From Terriglobia bacterium (GTDB taxonomy: Bacteria; Acidobacteriota; Terriglobia; UBA7540), in the NCBI GenBank assembly GCA_050745265.1, contig JBOGKE010000078.1:36841-100840 (forward strand): a DNA stretch of 64,000 nucleotides, in the 5' to 3' direction. Positions 26,782-37,439 of the stretch are shown here, piece by piece. Within the stretch, counting starts at the first letter, position 1. The number at the start of each line of letters is the position of its first letter. A program made the position numbers and the translations under genes. The notes beneath the pieces are model-generated. The model ran no database searches, was not told the origin of the DNA, and saw only the letters and a list, made by a program, of their open reading frames with translations.

Positions 26782-27338
26782 GCGGAGTCGAGTTCGAGAT
26801 TCAATTCCAGTACGTTGACGCGAGGCTCGCCAAGAATTCCGAACTGCCGCCGTTTTGTGTGCTTGCGGACCAGAGCTCGCACCGCCGCTTCGCTCATGCC
26901 GCGTTCACGCGCCAGGCGCGGAACCTGGAAGCCGGCTGCCGCAGGCGAAATGTCCGGATCCAACCCCGAACCTGAAGCGGTCACGAGGTCCACCGGAATG
27001 GGCGTGGCGGGATTCTCCGCCCGCAGTTTTTGCACATCAGCCCTTACTCGCTCAATCAGCGCCTTGTTGGTAGGAGCCAGATTCGAGCCGCCGCTGGAGC
27101 TTGCGTCGTAGCCCGCGCCGGCCGCCGACGGCCGCGAGTGAAGGTAACCTGGCGCGGTGAATGTTTGTCCGATGATTCGCGAGCCGACGAGTTTGCCGTG
27201 CATCTCGATGAGTTGTCCGTTGGCTCGTCCGGGAAACAGCGCCTGCGCCACGGCCGTTATCGCGAGCGGATAAATCAGGCCAACCAGAATCGTGGTCACA
27301 ACCGTGAACCAAATGGCGATGAGGAGGTTCTTCTTCAT
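26712..27338 (-). CDS. kdpC: K+-transporting ATPase subunit C
   Basis: LIYPLAIT, GSRIIGQ, HSRPSAAG, DLVTASGSGLDPDIS, GEPRVNVLELN. Confidence 0.96.
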   Translation of the reverse strand: MKKNLLIAIWFTVVTTILVGLIYPLAITAVAQALFPGRANGQLIEMHGKLVGSRIIGQTFTAPGYLHSRPSAAGAGYDASSSGGSNLAPTNKALIERVRADVQKLRAENPATPIPVDLVTASGSGLDPDISPAAAGFQVPRLARERGMSEAAVRALVRKHTKRRQFGILGEPRVNVLELNLELDSAHPMRSSGAELARERASSGGSKR

Positions 27339-27346
27339 CAGTTCCT

Positions 27347-29410
27347 CTACACAAATTTCAGGTAGATCAGCAACAGGTCAATGAGCTTGATGCCGATGAA
27401 GGGCGCGATGATCCCGCCCAGACCATAGATGAGCAGATTCCGCTGGAGTAACGCCCCCGCACCGATGGGCCGATACCGCACGCCACGCAAGGCGAGCGGA
27501 ATGAGGGCGATGATGATCAGGCCATTAAAAATTACGGCGGAGAGGATCGCCGATTGCGGCGTGCCGAGGCGCATCACGTTCAGGACGCCAAGCACCGGGA
27601 AAGCTCCCGCGAACATCGCGGGAATGATGGCGAAATACTTGGCCACATCATTCGCGACGGAGAACGTGGTGAGCGCGCCGCGAGTAATCAGCAGTTGTTT
27701 GCCGATCTCCACAATTTCGATGAGCTTGGTGGGGTTGGAATCGAGATCAACCATGTTGCCGGCTTCCTTGGCGGCTTGCGTGCCGGTGTTCATGGCCACG
27801 CCCACATCGGCTTGAGCAAGCGCCGGGGCGTCGTTCGTGCCGTCACCCGTCATCGCAACGAGCTTGCCTTTGGATTGTTCGCGTTTGATGAGCGCCATTT
27901 TGTCCTCCGGCTTCGCCTCGGCGAGAAAATCATCGACGCCCGCTTGACGCGCAATGGCTGCTGCGGTGAGCGGATTATCGCCGGTAATCATCAGCGTACG
28001 AATTCCCATCGCGCGCAGATGCTCAAATCGCTCGCGCATGCCTCCTTTCACAACGTCCGTCAGTGCGATTGCGCCCAGCACCCGGCCATTTTGCGCCACC
28101 AGCAGCGGAGTGCCGCCTTGGCTCGCAATCTCCGTGATGCGCTCGTTGATTTCGGGCGGCGCTTCATGCCCGTTTCCGGCGGCGTACTTGGCAATCGCCG
28201 CCGGGGCGCCTTTGCGGATGTGCTGCCCGTCCAGATCTACTCCGGAGATGCGGGTCTGCGCAGAGAAGGGAATGAACGTGGGATTGCGGTGTGCCAGTTC
28301 CACGCCGCGCAGGCCGTATTTTTCTTTGGCGAGAACAACAATGGAGCGTCCTTCCGGAGTCTCGTCGGCCAACGATGAAAGCTGTGCGGCCCGCGCCAGC
28401 TCCTCTTCCCGGACGCGCGGGCACGCGTAGAGCGCGGTTGCCTGGCGGTTGCCAAGGGTGATCGTGCCCGTTTTGTCGAGCAGGAGCACATCAACGTCGC
28501 CGGACGCTTCGACGGCGCGCCCTGACATCGCGATGACATTTCGCTGGATCAGCCGATCCATGCCGGCGATGCCGATGGCGGACAACAGACCTCCAATCGT
28601 TGTGGGGATCAGGCATACAAGAAGCGAGACCAGCACGAAGATATTCTGAGGAGCGCCGGAGTAAGCCGCGAACGCTTGCAGAGTTACGACCGCGAGCAGG
28701 AAGATAAGGGTAAGCCCCGCTAGAAGGATGTTCAGCGCAATTTCGTTCGGCGTTTTTTGGCGCGTGGCCCCCTCGACGAGCTTGATCATGCGGTCGAGAA
28801 ACGTCTCTCCGGGATTCGAGGTAATGCGCACCCTAATCTCGTCGGAGAGAACGCGCGTGCCCCCCGTCACCGCCGAACGGTCCCCGCCCGACTCGCGAAT
28901 GACGGGCGCGGACTCGCCGGTGATCGCAGATTCGTCAACGGAAGCTAGTCCCTCGATGACCTCGCCGTCTCCCGGAATGAACTCACCTGCGTTGACCAGC
29001 ACGATATCCCCAACCCGCAGCTTTGAGCTCGGCACAATCTCGGTGGAGTGGTCACTCCGCAAGCGATACGCCCGGGTCTCCGCTCGCGCTTTGCGCAGCG
29101 TGTCTGCCTGCGCTTTGCCCCGCCCCTCGGCCATGGCTTCTGCGAAGTTGGCAAACAGAACGGTGAACCACAACCAAACGGTGATCTGCAGTCCAAAGCC
29201 GAACTGTCCAGGATGGTGAAAGACATTCCACGCAAGCTGAATCGTCGTAAGAACAGCGCCGACTTCCACAACGAATATCACTGGATTTTTGGCCATCGTT
29301 CGAAATCCCAGTTTGCGGAAGGAATCGACAATCGCTCGCGACACGATTGCGCTGTCGGCGAGGGACTTCTTTCGGATTTGACTGATGTGAGACGCTGGAT
29401 CCACAGACAC
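27347..29410 (-). CDS. kdpB: K+-transporting ATPase subunit B
   Basis: [37 protein letters not shown]. Confidence 0.98.
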   Translation of the reverse strand: MSVDPASHISQIRKKSLADSAIVSRAIVDSFRKLGFRTMAKNPVIFVVEVGAVLTTIQLAWNVFHHPGQFGFGLQITVWLWFTVLFANFAEAMAEGRGKAQADTLRKARAETRAYRLRSDHSTEIVPSSKLRVGDIVLVNAGEFIPGDGEVIEGLASVDESAITGESAPVIRESGGDRSAVTGGTRVLSDEIRVRITSNPGETFLDRMIKLVEGATRQKTPNEIALNILLAGLTLIFLLAVVTLQAFAAYSGAPQNIFVLVSLLVCLIPTTIGGLLSAIGIAGMDRLIQRNVIAMSGRAVEASGDVDVLLLDKTGTITLGNRQATALYACPRVREEELARAAQLSSLADETPEGRSIVVLAKEKYGLRGVELAHRNPTFIPFSAQTRISGVDLDGQHIRKGAPAAIAKYAAGNGHEAPPEINERITEIASQGGTPLLVAQNGRVLGAIALTDVVKGGMRERFEHLRAMGIRTLMITGDNPLTAAAIARQAGVDDFLAEAKPEDKMALIKREQSKGKLVAMTGDGTNDAPALAQADVGVAMNTGTQAAKEAGNMVDLDSNPTKLIEIVEIGKQLLITRGALTTFSVANDVAKYFAIIPAMFAGAFPVLGVLNVMRLGTPQSAILSAVIFNGLIIIALIPLALRGVRYRPIGAGALLQRNLLIYGLGGIIAPFIGIKLIDLLLIYLKFV

Positions 29411-29411
29411 C

Positions 29412-31184
29412 TCAGAAGATCTTTCCTGCTTGCATCAGCAAGTGCTCGAGAATCGGCCCGAGGCTGAGAGCAGGGAAAAACGTGAGAGCTCCCACGATCA
29501 CTATCGTGGAAATGAGCAAGCCGCTAAAGAGAGCCCCGGTCACGGGGAAAGTGCCCGCCGATTCAGGGACCGTCCTCTTTCGGACGAGGCTTCCCGCGAT
29601 AGCCATGATCGGAATCACCATGAAAAAGCGCCCGAGGAGTTGTGCGATGGCCGTTGTCGTGTTGTACCACATCGTGTTGGCGTTTAATCCAGCGAAGGCC
29701 GAGCCGTTATTGCCCGTCGAAGAGGTGTAGGCGTACAGAATCTGTGACAGTCCGTGCGGGCCAGGATTCGTGATACTGGAGGTTCCATACGGCTCGACCA
29801 CGGAAACCGCGCTGAAAACTAGAATCGTGAATGTCAAGACAAGAACCGCCAGCATCGCCATCTTGACGTCGTAGGCCTCGATCTTCTTGCCAAGATATTC
29901 CGGCGTCCGCCCCACCATCAGCCCGGCAATAAACACGGCGAGCACGATGAATACGAATATGCCGTACAGGCCCGCCCCAACCCCGCCAAACACAACCTCT
30001 CCCAGCATGATGTTGACGAGCGGCGCCATGCCCCCGAGCGGCGTAAAAGAGTCGTGCATGCTGTTGACCGCGCCGCAGCTCGCGTCGGTCGTGACGGTTG
30101 CGAAAAGAGCGGAGTTGGCGATGCCAAACCGCACGTCCTTTCCCTCCATATTTCCACCGGACTGCAGCGCGCTCGCTCTCTGATCGACGCCGGCCAGGAG
30201 CGGATTGCCTTTGGCCTCCGCCCAATAGGCGGTGGTCACGCCTCCAAGGAACAGGAGAGCCATCGCCGCCCAGACCGCCCAGCCGTGTTTTTGCGAGCCG
30301 GTCATTCGGCCGAGCGTGTAGGTGAGGCCGGACGGAATCGCGAAGATCAGCACCATTTCAAGGAAATTCGAGAACGGAGTCGGATTCTCAAAAGGATGTG
30401 CGCTATTGGCACTGAAGAACCCGCCGCCGTTCGTGCCAAATTCCTTGATCGCCTCCTGAGACGCAACCGGGCCCTGCGCAATCACTTGTTGCGTCACCTT
30501 CTGCGTGAGGCTTTTGCCGCCTGGACCGCTCACCGGCGCCGTGTAGGGCTGGAGCAGCTCAACGGTCGTATACGGCTTGAGATTCTGTGGGACTCCCTGC
30601 GCAACGAGAATCAGCGAGGCGAGGATGCAGACCGGCAGCAAGACCCACAAGAGGCAGCGTGTCGCATCGACCCAGAAGTTTCCAAGCTTGTCTGTTTCCT
30701 TTCGCGCGATACCGCGAATAACCACGATCGCCAGAACGATTCCGACGGCGGCGGAAGCGAAGTTGTGATAGGCCAACCCCGCCATCTGCGTCAGATAGCT
30801 CATGGTGGTCTCGGGGGTGTAGGCCTGCCAGTTGGTATTGGTCGTGAATGAGGCCGCGGTGCCGAAAGCGAGACCCGGCGCCACGTTCGCGAGTTTCTGC
30901 GGGTTGAACGGCAGCCACCGCTGAGTGCGCTCGATCAGATAGAGCAGGGCCATCGAGACACCGCTGAAGAGCAGCATTGCGACCGTGTATTCGGTCCACC
31001 GCATCTCCGTCTCTTCATCAACCCCGGTCAGCCGGTAGATCAGCTTTTCGACAGGGCGGAGCAGCGGGTCAAGAAAAGTGCGCTCTCGATTGAACACGCG
31101 CGCCATAAAGATGCCGAGTGGCTTCGTCAGGAGAAAGATCAGCAGCAGATACAGCCCGATTTGAAACCAGCCATTCGCGGTCAT
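29412..31184 (-). CDS. kdpA: K+-transporting ATPase subunit A
   Basis: [38 protein letters not shown]. Confidence 0.98.
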   Translation of the reverse strand: MTANGWFQIGLYLLLIFLLTKPLGIFMARVFNRERTFLDPLLRPVEKLIYRLTGVDEETEMRWTEYTVAMLLFSGVSMALLYLIERTQRWLPFNPQKLANVAPGLAFGTAASFTTNTNWQAYTPETTMSYLTQMAGLAYHNFASAAVGIVLAIVVIRGIARKETDKLGNFWVDATRCLLWVLLPVCILASLILVAQGVPQNLKPYTTVELLQPYTAPVSGPGGKSLTQKVTQQVIAQGPVASQEAIKEFGTNGGGFFSANSAHPFENPTPFSNFLEMVLIFAIPSGLTYTLGRMTGSQKHGWAVWAAMALLFLGGVTTAYWAEAKGNPLLAGVDQRASALQSGGNMEGKDVRFGIANSALFATVTTDASCGAVNSMHDSFTPLGGMAPLVNIMLGEVVFGGVGAGLYGIFVFIVLAVFIAGLMVGRTPEYLGKKIEAYDVKMAMLAVLVLTFTILVFSAVSVVEPYGTSSITNPGPHGLSQILYAYTSSTGNNGSAFAGLNANTMWYNTTTAIAQLLGRFFMVIPIMAIAGSLVRKRTVPESAGTFPVTGALFSGLLISTIVIVGALTFFPALSLGPILEHLLMQAGKIF

Positions 31185-31187
31185 GCG

Positions 31188-31277
31188 CTAAAAGTCCTCG
31201 GCCTTCAGCAAGGCATAAAGCAGGTACCCGCACAACAGAATCGCGATCGCGAGCAGGACGACGTCACCTAAGGTCAT
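31188..31277 (-). CDS. kdpF: KdpF peptide (29 aa, absent from ORF track)
   Basis: MTLGDVVLLAIAILLCGYLLYALLKAEDF; YL.YAL..E.F signature; AGGAG SD; ends 3 nt before kdpA. Confidence 0.93.
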   Translation of the reverse strand: MTLGDVVLLAIAILLCGYLLYALLKAEDF

Positions 31278-31287
31278 GGCATTTCTC

Positions 31288-31374
31288 CTACTTCAGCCGC
31301 TCGCATCCGCGAACGTAGAGAATCCCCAGCGCGAAGAACAGTGCCGTTGCTGCGATAAAGACGATGTCGAACAT
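31288..31374 (-). CDS. Small Kdp-associated membrane peptide (28 aa)
   Basis: MFDIVFIAATALFFALGILYVRGCERLK; GGAGG SD; in operon directly upstream of kdpF. Confidence 0.8.
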   Translation of the reverse strand: MFDIVFIAATALFFALGILYVRGCERLK

Positions 31375-31470
31375 CGAGGCAAACCCTCCAAATTGCCGCC
31401 GCATCGGGAGACTGAGCGCTCGCGGCGCAAGGCCGTTGCAAAGGGCGGAGCAGCCTTCACGAGAATCGGT

Positions 31471-31515
31471 CATAAGTGCTTAGGAATTCGTAACCGCGGT
31501 CTAAGGATTTCGTAA
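31471..31515. promoter_or_regulatory. Putative KdpE operator
   Basis: TAGGAATTCGTAA and TAAGGATTTCGTAA direct repeats with CGTAA 22 bp apart, ~100 bp upstream of the kdp operon. Confidence 0.55.
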
Positions 31516-31750
31516 GGAAGTGGAGGCGTTCGCCAGCCCGGACGAAAAGTTTGTTCGGGATCGTAGATGGGCCAGGTTCGGCGCCGCGCTCTCCAGGCGG
31601 CTGTGTCGTTTTTGGGAAAGGGGCGGCGTACATCATCGCCCGGAGACTCAGCCGCCGCCCGTTGGCGGCGCGCCTGGATACACGGCCTTGGTAAAGCGCA
31701 GCGCACGGGGCAGTTCGTTTCCGCGCAAACCGCTTCCTCGCACGACAGCG

Positions 31751-33865
31751 CTAGCCCACGCTGGCGAGGCGGTAGCGCTCCGGCCAGCGGACGGCCAGCG
31801 CCCGCGTGAAATCGGCGAGTTCCTCGGACGAGGGGGGACGCTCCACGAATTCGATCGCCTCGCGGCGCGCCCATTCGAGAATCTCCTGATCCCGAAGCAG
31901 ATTGGCGATGCGAAACGCGGGGACGCCCCATTGCCGTGTTCCCAGAAATTCACCGGGCCCGCGAAGCTTCAAGTCGAGCTCCGCGATCTTGAATCCGTCG
32001 GTCGTTTCCGCCAGAATTTTCAGGCGCTCGTCCGCCAATTCGCTGCGCGGCTCGCTCGCGAGCAGGAGGCAATGCGATGCGCCGGGACCGCGTCCGATGC
32101 GGCCGCGCAATTGATGGAGTTGAGCCAAGCCGAAACGCTCGGCGTGCTCGATGAGCATCACGGTGGCGTTCGGCACGTCCACGCCCACCTCCACCACGGT
32201 CGTCGAGACCAGCACCTGCATGTCGCCGGAGCGAAATCGGCGCATCACGTCTTCTTTTTCGTCGCGCGAAAGGCGGCCGTGGAGAAGCCCGACCCGGAAC
32301 GAGGGATAAACGTTCTTTGAAAGGTGCTCATACATTCGGACTGCGGGCCTCAGCTCGAGCTTTTCCGACTCCTCGATCAGCGGGTAGACGACGTAGGCCT
32401 GCTCTCCGCTCTGGACCTTGCGGCGAATGAATTCGAAGGCGCGTGCCCGTTCGCGCTCCGCAACGATTTCAGTTTTGACCGGTGTCCGGTGCGGAGGCAT
32501 CTCATCGATGACGGAAAAGTCGAGGTCGCCGTAGGCTGCGAGCGCGCAGGTGCGCGGAATGGGTGTCGCCGTCATCACCAGCACGTGGGGCGCGCGGCCC
32601 TTACGAATGAGGTCGTAACGCTGCATCACTCCGAAGCGGTGCTGCTCGTCCACAATCGCGAGCGCCAGGCGCGCAAACTCCACGTCCGGCTCAATCAGCG
32701 CGTGCGTGCCAATGGCGAGCTGCGTTTCGCCGCTCGCCAGCCGCTCCTTCACCTCCGACTTGCCGGAAGCCGTGCGGCTGCCCGTCAGCAGGTCCACGCG
32801 GAATCCGAGCGGCTCAAGCAGCCGCTTGCAATAGAGGTAGTGCTGCGTGGCCAGGATCTCGGTCGGCGCCATGAGCGCCGCCTGATAGCCGTTTTCCATG
32901 GCGACGACTGCGGCTTCGAGCGACACGATGGTCTTTCCCGATCCCACGTCGCCCTGCAGCAGCCGGCTCATCGGGTGGGGTGATCTCAGGTCATCGACGA
33001 TTTCCTTGAGCACCCGCTTCTGCGCCGTGGTGGGGTGGAACGGCAGGATGCGCTTCACCGCCTCGCGCGTGCTGTCTGCGATCCGCAACTCGATGCCGGG
33101 AAGCCATTTTTGCTGGCGGCGCCGGAGCGCCATCGCCACGCCCGCATTGAAGAACTCTTCGAAGATCAGGCGCACTTGCGCGGGCGCGCGAAAGAGAGCC
33201 AGCTTTTCCGAGTCTGCGTCGGGAAAGTGGGTCTGACGCAAGGCAGTGCCGCGATCCATCAGCCCGTTCTTCGAGAGCACGGATCGCGGCAAACATTCGG
33301 GAAGGGCGCCTTCAATCAGGTTCAGCGCGTTCCAGGTCAGGCGCCTCAGCATCGCGGACGTAAGATTGCCGAGCGCCTCGTAAATCGGCGTGATGCGCCC
33401 CACTTCGAGCGAATCGGTCTCGCCGGTCTCGGGGACAATCTCAAACTTCGGCTGTATCATCACCAGATTTCCGGCGCCGAAACGGTCGCGATCCGCCTTG
33501 CCGTAGAAAAACACCCGGTCCCCGGCGTGGAACGTCCGCTTCCGTTCGAGGTACGGCGCATTGAACCAGGTACATCGCAGCAGGCCGCCTGGCGAGGGAC
33601 CGCTGGCATCGGCGCCCGCGACCTCGTAAAGACTGATGCCGCGCCGCGTGCGGACCGGGCCGCACGAGATCACTTTCACCATCACGGTAGCCGTTTGACC
33701 CGGCAAAAGGTCCCTCACGCGCGCAACCTGTTTGCGGTCTTCGTAGCGGAACGGGGTGTAATAGAGCAGATCCTCAACCGTAGAAATGGAGCGCGAGACA
33801 AGCGTTTCGGCCCTTGCTGGACCCACCCCTTTCAGGTACTTGATCTCCGAACCGAGTGTTAACAT
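31751..33865 (-). CDS. recG: ATP-dependent DNA helicase RecG
   Basis: LKGVGP, LLQGDVGSGKT, DEQHRFG, TATPIPRT, QLHQLRGRIGRG, RGPGEFLGTRQWG. Confidence 0.98.
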   Translation of the reverse strand: MLTLGSEIKYLKGVGPARAETLVSRSISTVEDLLYYTPFRYEDRKQVARVRDLLPGQTATVMVKVISCGPVRTRRGISLYEVAGADASGPSPGGLLRCTWFNAPYLERKRTFHAGDRVFFYGKADRDRFGAGNLVMIQPKFEIVPETGETDSLEVGRITPIYEALGNLTSAMLRRLTWNALNLIEGALPECLPRSVLSKNGLMDRGTALRQTHFPDADSEKLALFRAPAQVRLIFEEFFNAGVAMALRRRQQKWLPGIELRIADSTREAVKRILPFHPTTAQKRVLKEIVDDLRSPHPMSRLLQGDVGSGKTIVSLEAAVVAMENGYQAALMAPTEILATQHYLYCKRLLEPLGFRVDLLTGSRTASGKSEVKERLASGETQLAIGTHALIEPDVEFARLALAIVDEQHRFGVMQRYDLIRKGRAPHVLVMTATPIPRTCALAAYGDLDFSVIDEMPPHRTPVKTEIVAERERARAFEFIRRKVQSGEQAYVVYPLIEESEKLELRPAVRMYEHLSKNVYPSFRVGLLHGRLSRDEKEDVMRRFRSGDMQVLVSTTVVEVGVDVPNATVMLIEHAERFGLAQLHQLRGRIGRGPGASHCLLLASEPRSELADERLKILAETTDGFKIAELDLKLRGPGEFLGTRQWGVPAFRIANLLRDQEILEWARREAIEFVERPPSSEELADFTRALAVRWPERYRLASVG

Positions 33866-34015
33866 AAAAAGCTTGGGGAGCACAGCGTGTTCACCGCGCC
33901 TCCAAAGCGCGCTAACCCGCTGACCAGCTCAGCTCCGGCGAATTTAGCCGCGCTTGATGCTCGCGCTCTGCTCTCTTCATGCTCGCTTGATCGCGCCGGC
34001 AGAACACGACCTCCG

Positions 34016-34231
34016 ATGATCGTCCGCCTCCACCGCTGGATAAAGTACCTGTCGGCGGTGGTCGTTGGCAACATCCTGTACTTCGAGCTATCTCCATTTT
34101 TGCCGCCGCGCGCCCGCCACCGCAACCTCCTCGACTGGGGAACGTTTGTCGATCTCTGGTTCTGCCTCTTGGTCTATGGCGTGATCGAACTGGCGCGATA
34201 CTTCTGGACGCGAAGAGCGGAGAGGGAGTAG
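34016..34231 (+). CDS. Small membrane protein (71 aa)
   Basis: Two hydrophobic helices (YLSAVVVGNILYF; FVDLWFCLLVYGV); ATG 34016. Confidence 0.6.
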   Translation: MIVRLHRWIKYLSAVVVGNILYFELSPFLPPRARHRNLLDWGTFVDLWFCLLVYGVIELARYFWTRRAERE

Positions 34232-34261
34232 CGCAGCGCAGTCACGACGCAACCGGAGCAA

Positions 34262-34591
34262 CTGTCATTCTGAGGTGTTCCTCATGTCGCTTCGCGACAC
34301 CCCGAAGCAGGAAATGACCCCTCACCCGCCCTCGTTCCTCGGTCGCCCTCTCCCGAGGGGAGAGGGTGGTGAGCCCTTCGGCTCCGCTCTCCAGAAACTC
34401 CTGACGGGGGCGGCCAAAAGGCCCGGAGGGCCGGAAGAACGTAGCCCCGGGCGTAAGCCCGGGGTCAGGGACAGCACCCGACGTATTCTTGCCGCGCCTC
34501 GCGCCCCGCGCAAGCACCGGGCGCGAGGCGCGGCAAGAGGTCGGAAGAGACTCGCCTTACCCACGGCTCACGCCGTGGATGCTTCCGCTAC
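34262..34591. repeat. Composite REP cluster
   Basis: CTGTCATTCTGAGG arm, CCCTCACCC/CCCTCTCCC hairpin, CCCTTCGGCTCCGCTCTCCAGAAACT junction as at 14399-14423, GTAGCCCCGGGCGTAAGCCCGGGG hairpin. Confidence 0.8.
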
Positions 34592-34688
34592 ACGCTTTCA
34601 AAGTGTTTGCCGAGAAAACAAGCTTCTACGACTTGCAATGCAGCGCGGCTTAAGTCGGGTGGAGGGCTGTGGTATCATTAAACCCGCG

Positions 34689-35456
34689 ATGCGAGGTTTT
34701 ACACCAGGCAGATTCGCGGTTCTGCTCGCAGCTCTGCCCGTCATCGCGTATTCCCGTCCAGCCGTTTTTCACCACAAGCATCCGGCATCGGAAACGTCCC
34801 AGGTTAGAGTGCAGGCGGGGAAACCGGGATGCAGCGTCGACGTCGACTCGAGCGCTCAAGGCAAAACCGGAATCGACGGCAGCCTGACGGTGCGAGACGT
34901 CGCTCCGTCCGAACACTACGTCCACGTGGATTGTCCCGGCCAGCCGGAATTGACCTACTTCGTTGATCCGCAACCGGGCGCGACGGCGCAAATCCAGACG
35001 CAGGGCACGAGCTCAGGTGGCGGGGAGGCCACACCGCTTGGCGAGGCCGAGAACAACACCGAGCTGCGGCGGCTGGTCAGCGTTGCGGCAAACGATCGCG
35101 AGGATGGACAATTTCCAGAAGCCGTCCAGACGCTCCGCCAGGCGATGGAGCTTGATCCGGATAATCCCGGCCTCCATCATGAGCTCGGCATGACCTTCCT
35201 GATGGTCCACAAGTGGAACGAGGCGGCGATAGAGCTTCAAGAAGCGACCCACCTGGATCCGGCGAGCGCCGGCGCACACAACGCTCTTGGCTACGCCCTC
35301 GAAAAGCTCGGCAAGCTGCAGCCGGCCGTCGATCAATTCCGCACGGCCACGCAACTCGACCCGAGCGACGGGTCATATCGTGATCATTACGAGGAAGCGA
35401 TGGGAATGCTTGCGGCCGCGCAGTCCGGCGGCAAGAAGAAACACAGGCGCTTGTAG
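34689..35456 (+). CDS. Secreted PEGA-like + TPR protein
   Basis: Signal-like N-terminus from ATG 34689, beta-rich segment, 3 TPRs (HHELG, AHNALG); the upstream track extension is repeat DNA. Confidence 0.8.
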   Translation: MRGFTPGRFAVLLAALPVIAYSRPAVFHHKHPASETSQVRVQAGKPGCSVDVDSSAQGKTGIDGSLTVRDVAPSEHYVHVDCPGQPELTYFVDPQPGATAQIQTQGTSSGGGEATPLGEAENNTELRRLVSVAANDREDGQFPEAVQTLRQAMELDPDNPGLHHELGMTFLMVHKWNEAAIELQEATHLDPASAGAHNALGYALEKLGKLQPAVDQFRTATQLDPSDGSYRDHYEEAMGMLAAAQSGGKKKHRRL

Positions 35457-35505
35457 CGGCGGGTTTACCCCGCCTCGCAAAATGGCGACATAAAGCCGCC
35501 TCTAC
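35453..35505. repeat. GTAG REP doublet
   Basis: GTAGCGGCGGGTTTACCCCGCC...GGCGACATAAAGCCGCCTCTAC. Confidence 0.8.
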
Positions 35506-35688
35506 GCGCTTACGAGCGGCGCTTTCGGCAAGAACGAGGGTGAGAGCTACCCCTGCGGCCCAATGGCCTCCCTCCGTAGCTCTCTCCCCGCTGCGCCCCC
35601 CCGACGCAGATTGCAATCCCGGTGGCCAGCGTTCGCACCGCCGCCGGATAAAATCTAGACCACCCGCCAGGCGCTACCCGGGTTTGTC

Positions 35689-36591
35689 TCAGGCTGCCAA
35701 CCGGCGGCGAACCTCGCGGGCTCCCGCGAGCATTCCCCCTCCAGCGAGCAGAAGCACCCAAGTGGCGCTCTCGGGCGTCGGGGCCGTGGGCGGCGGTGTA
35801 TGCGGCGTCTCACATCGTCCGTTCACGTCCTTCTGACCATTTGCGCAGCCAGTGACCGGCAACGCCGCGAATGCCGCCATGGGATTGAATCCACCCGGCG
35901 ATCCACCCACGGTCACCGCTCCATCGCCATGAGGCGCCGTCATGTCTGCCAGCTGCAACGAACGAGCTCCCGGATGGTTGAAAGCTGAGAGCGCCGGCCT
36001 CCCGGCGGTGAATGCCTCCGTCTCGATCCGGGGACGCACCGGGGTGTTCAGCGCGCTGCTGGCCGGTTCGTGCGCGTAAGTCGGCAAACGACGCGTTTGC
36101 GATACCCGATTGCCGCAACGCGCCCTCCCCACGTTTTCCCCATCTGTGATCAACGCCTCGCCTTGGCGCAGCTCCACTCGGTGGCTTGTCCAATAAACGT
36201 TGTCCCCGACGCGAAACGAGACGTAGGCATACTCCGCGTGGTTGAGCTTGATCACATGAAACTTCGCCGGGTTGAAATCGGCGTAGTGCGCCGCAACAAC
36301 TGGATCCGTCTTTAACGCGTTCTCCAGTTCCGCGCGGCTGTGCACTCCTCCCGCCACGATGGAGAACGGATAGATCGGGTGCTCGCGGACCTGCGCCTGA
36401 GCGCCAGCCGAGAACTTCAGTCTCCAGGCGCCGCGCCATCCGGCAGGCATCGTCCCCGCCGGAGTCCAATTTGGGCTGACCATTGCGATCGCCCCGACGA
36501 TTCCCAAGACCAACGCACCGGCCGCGATCACCCAAAAGTTTCTCCCGCCAAAAAACGCGCTTCGTGGATAACGATGACGAATGCCGTGCAA
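35689..36591 (-). CDS. PEP-CTERM sorting-domain protein
   Basis: C-terminal TPES + TM + RRR; conserved-looking core YPFSIVAGGV..DPVVAAHYADF..FWT..RCGNR; TTG 36591 with GAAGGGGG SD (start uncertain). Confidence 0.75.
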   Translation of the reverse strand: MHGIRHRYPRSAFFGGRNFWVIAAGALVLGIVGAIAMVSPNWTPAGTMPAGWRGAWRLKFSAGAQAQVREHPIYPFSIVAGGVHSRAELENALKTDPVVAAHYADFNPAKFHVIKLNHAEYAYVSFRVGDNVYWTSHRVELRQGEALITDGENVGRARCGNRVSQTRRLPTYAHEPASSALNTPVRPRIETEAFTAGRPALSAFNHPGARSLQLADMTAPHGDGAVTVGGSPGGFNPMAAFAALPVTGCANGQKDVNGRCETPHTPPPTAPTPESATWVLLLAGGGMLAGAREVRRRLAA

Positions 36592-37026
36592 CGCTACACC
36601 CCCTTCGTTCTGCCGAACAGCGGCCCGAGCCGCGCTCTGTGGGTTACGTAAGAACCGCAGTGAAGCAATCAGTATTCCAAAGCGAGGAACGGCCGGCCTC
36701 AGATAAGGGAAATTCCCCGTGCACAAAAAGTTATACGTCACTAATCGACCGCGGTGCGGCGTAAGCGTATGCTAGACGCGAACATACTGGCCACTGCCGC
36801 CGCCCCGCGCCGACTCCGTGGAGGGCCGGGTCGGGCGAAAGAAAACGAATCGCCGATGGGCCGCCTAATTACCCCGAGTGTCTTTTCCGGGAGGAAGTTC
36901 GCGCAAAAGTGGGCGCGTATTGGCCAAAGTGTGAAAATGATTTCTCTTCCGTGCCCGTGAGCGCTGAGCCAGAGATCGGGACATGCAAGGTTGTCGGCTT
37001 GGCTCGCGAATTGCTCGGCTGTACTC

Positions 37027-37291
37027 GTGTCCTGAGTTAGAAGTTGGCTACGCAATTCGTCTTGAGCGAAGCGCCGTTCCTAAGCCCCGTCAGGGGCGCA
37101 AGAGCTTAGCCCCGGGGCAAGGATGACACCGCACACCTTTTGCTCCCACCTCTCGCCCTGCGCGTGCGCCGGTCGAGAGGTGGGGCGCAAGGGATAACAA
37201 AGCTCCGCTCACCCACGGATTACGCCGCGGGCCAACGTCTTTCGCCCGCTCCGCGGGCTGGGTTTGCCGACGAATCGCTGACTCAGGACAC
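37027..37291. mobile_element. MITE-like element with 11-bp perfect TIRs enclosing REP hairpins
   Basis: GTGTCCTGAGT / ACTCAGGACAC; internal AGCCCCGTCAGGGGC and TTTCGCCCGCTCCGCGGGCT (also at 14611-14630). Confidence 0.65.
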
Positions 37292-37439
37292 TAGCTGGGG
37301 AACGTCTGGTCCGCTCTCGCAGTATGCCGGAGCGCGGTCGAAGGCTCCGGCAGCGCCGGCGAGTCAGGCGGCAATTCGTTGACTTTCCAACGAGCCTTGT
37401 GATAACAAAGCAGCAGCGCAGACGGCAAGGGGCACATTA

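Noticed and set aside
34275-34688. N-terminal extensions in the ORF track (34275, 38241, 54494, 58478, 17695, 47973, 12925)
   Set aside because: They run through REP DNA, promoters or another gene; better SD-ATG pairs and family N-termini lie downstream
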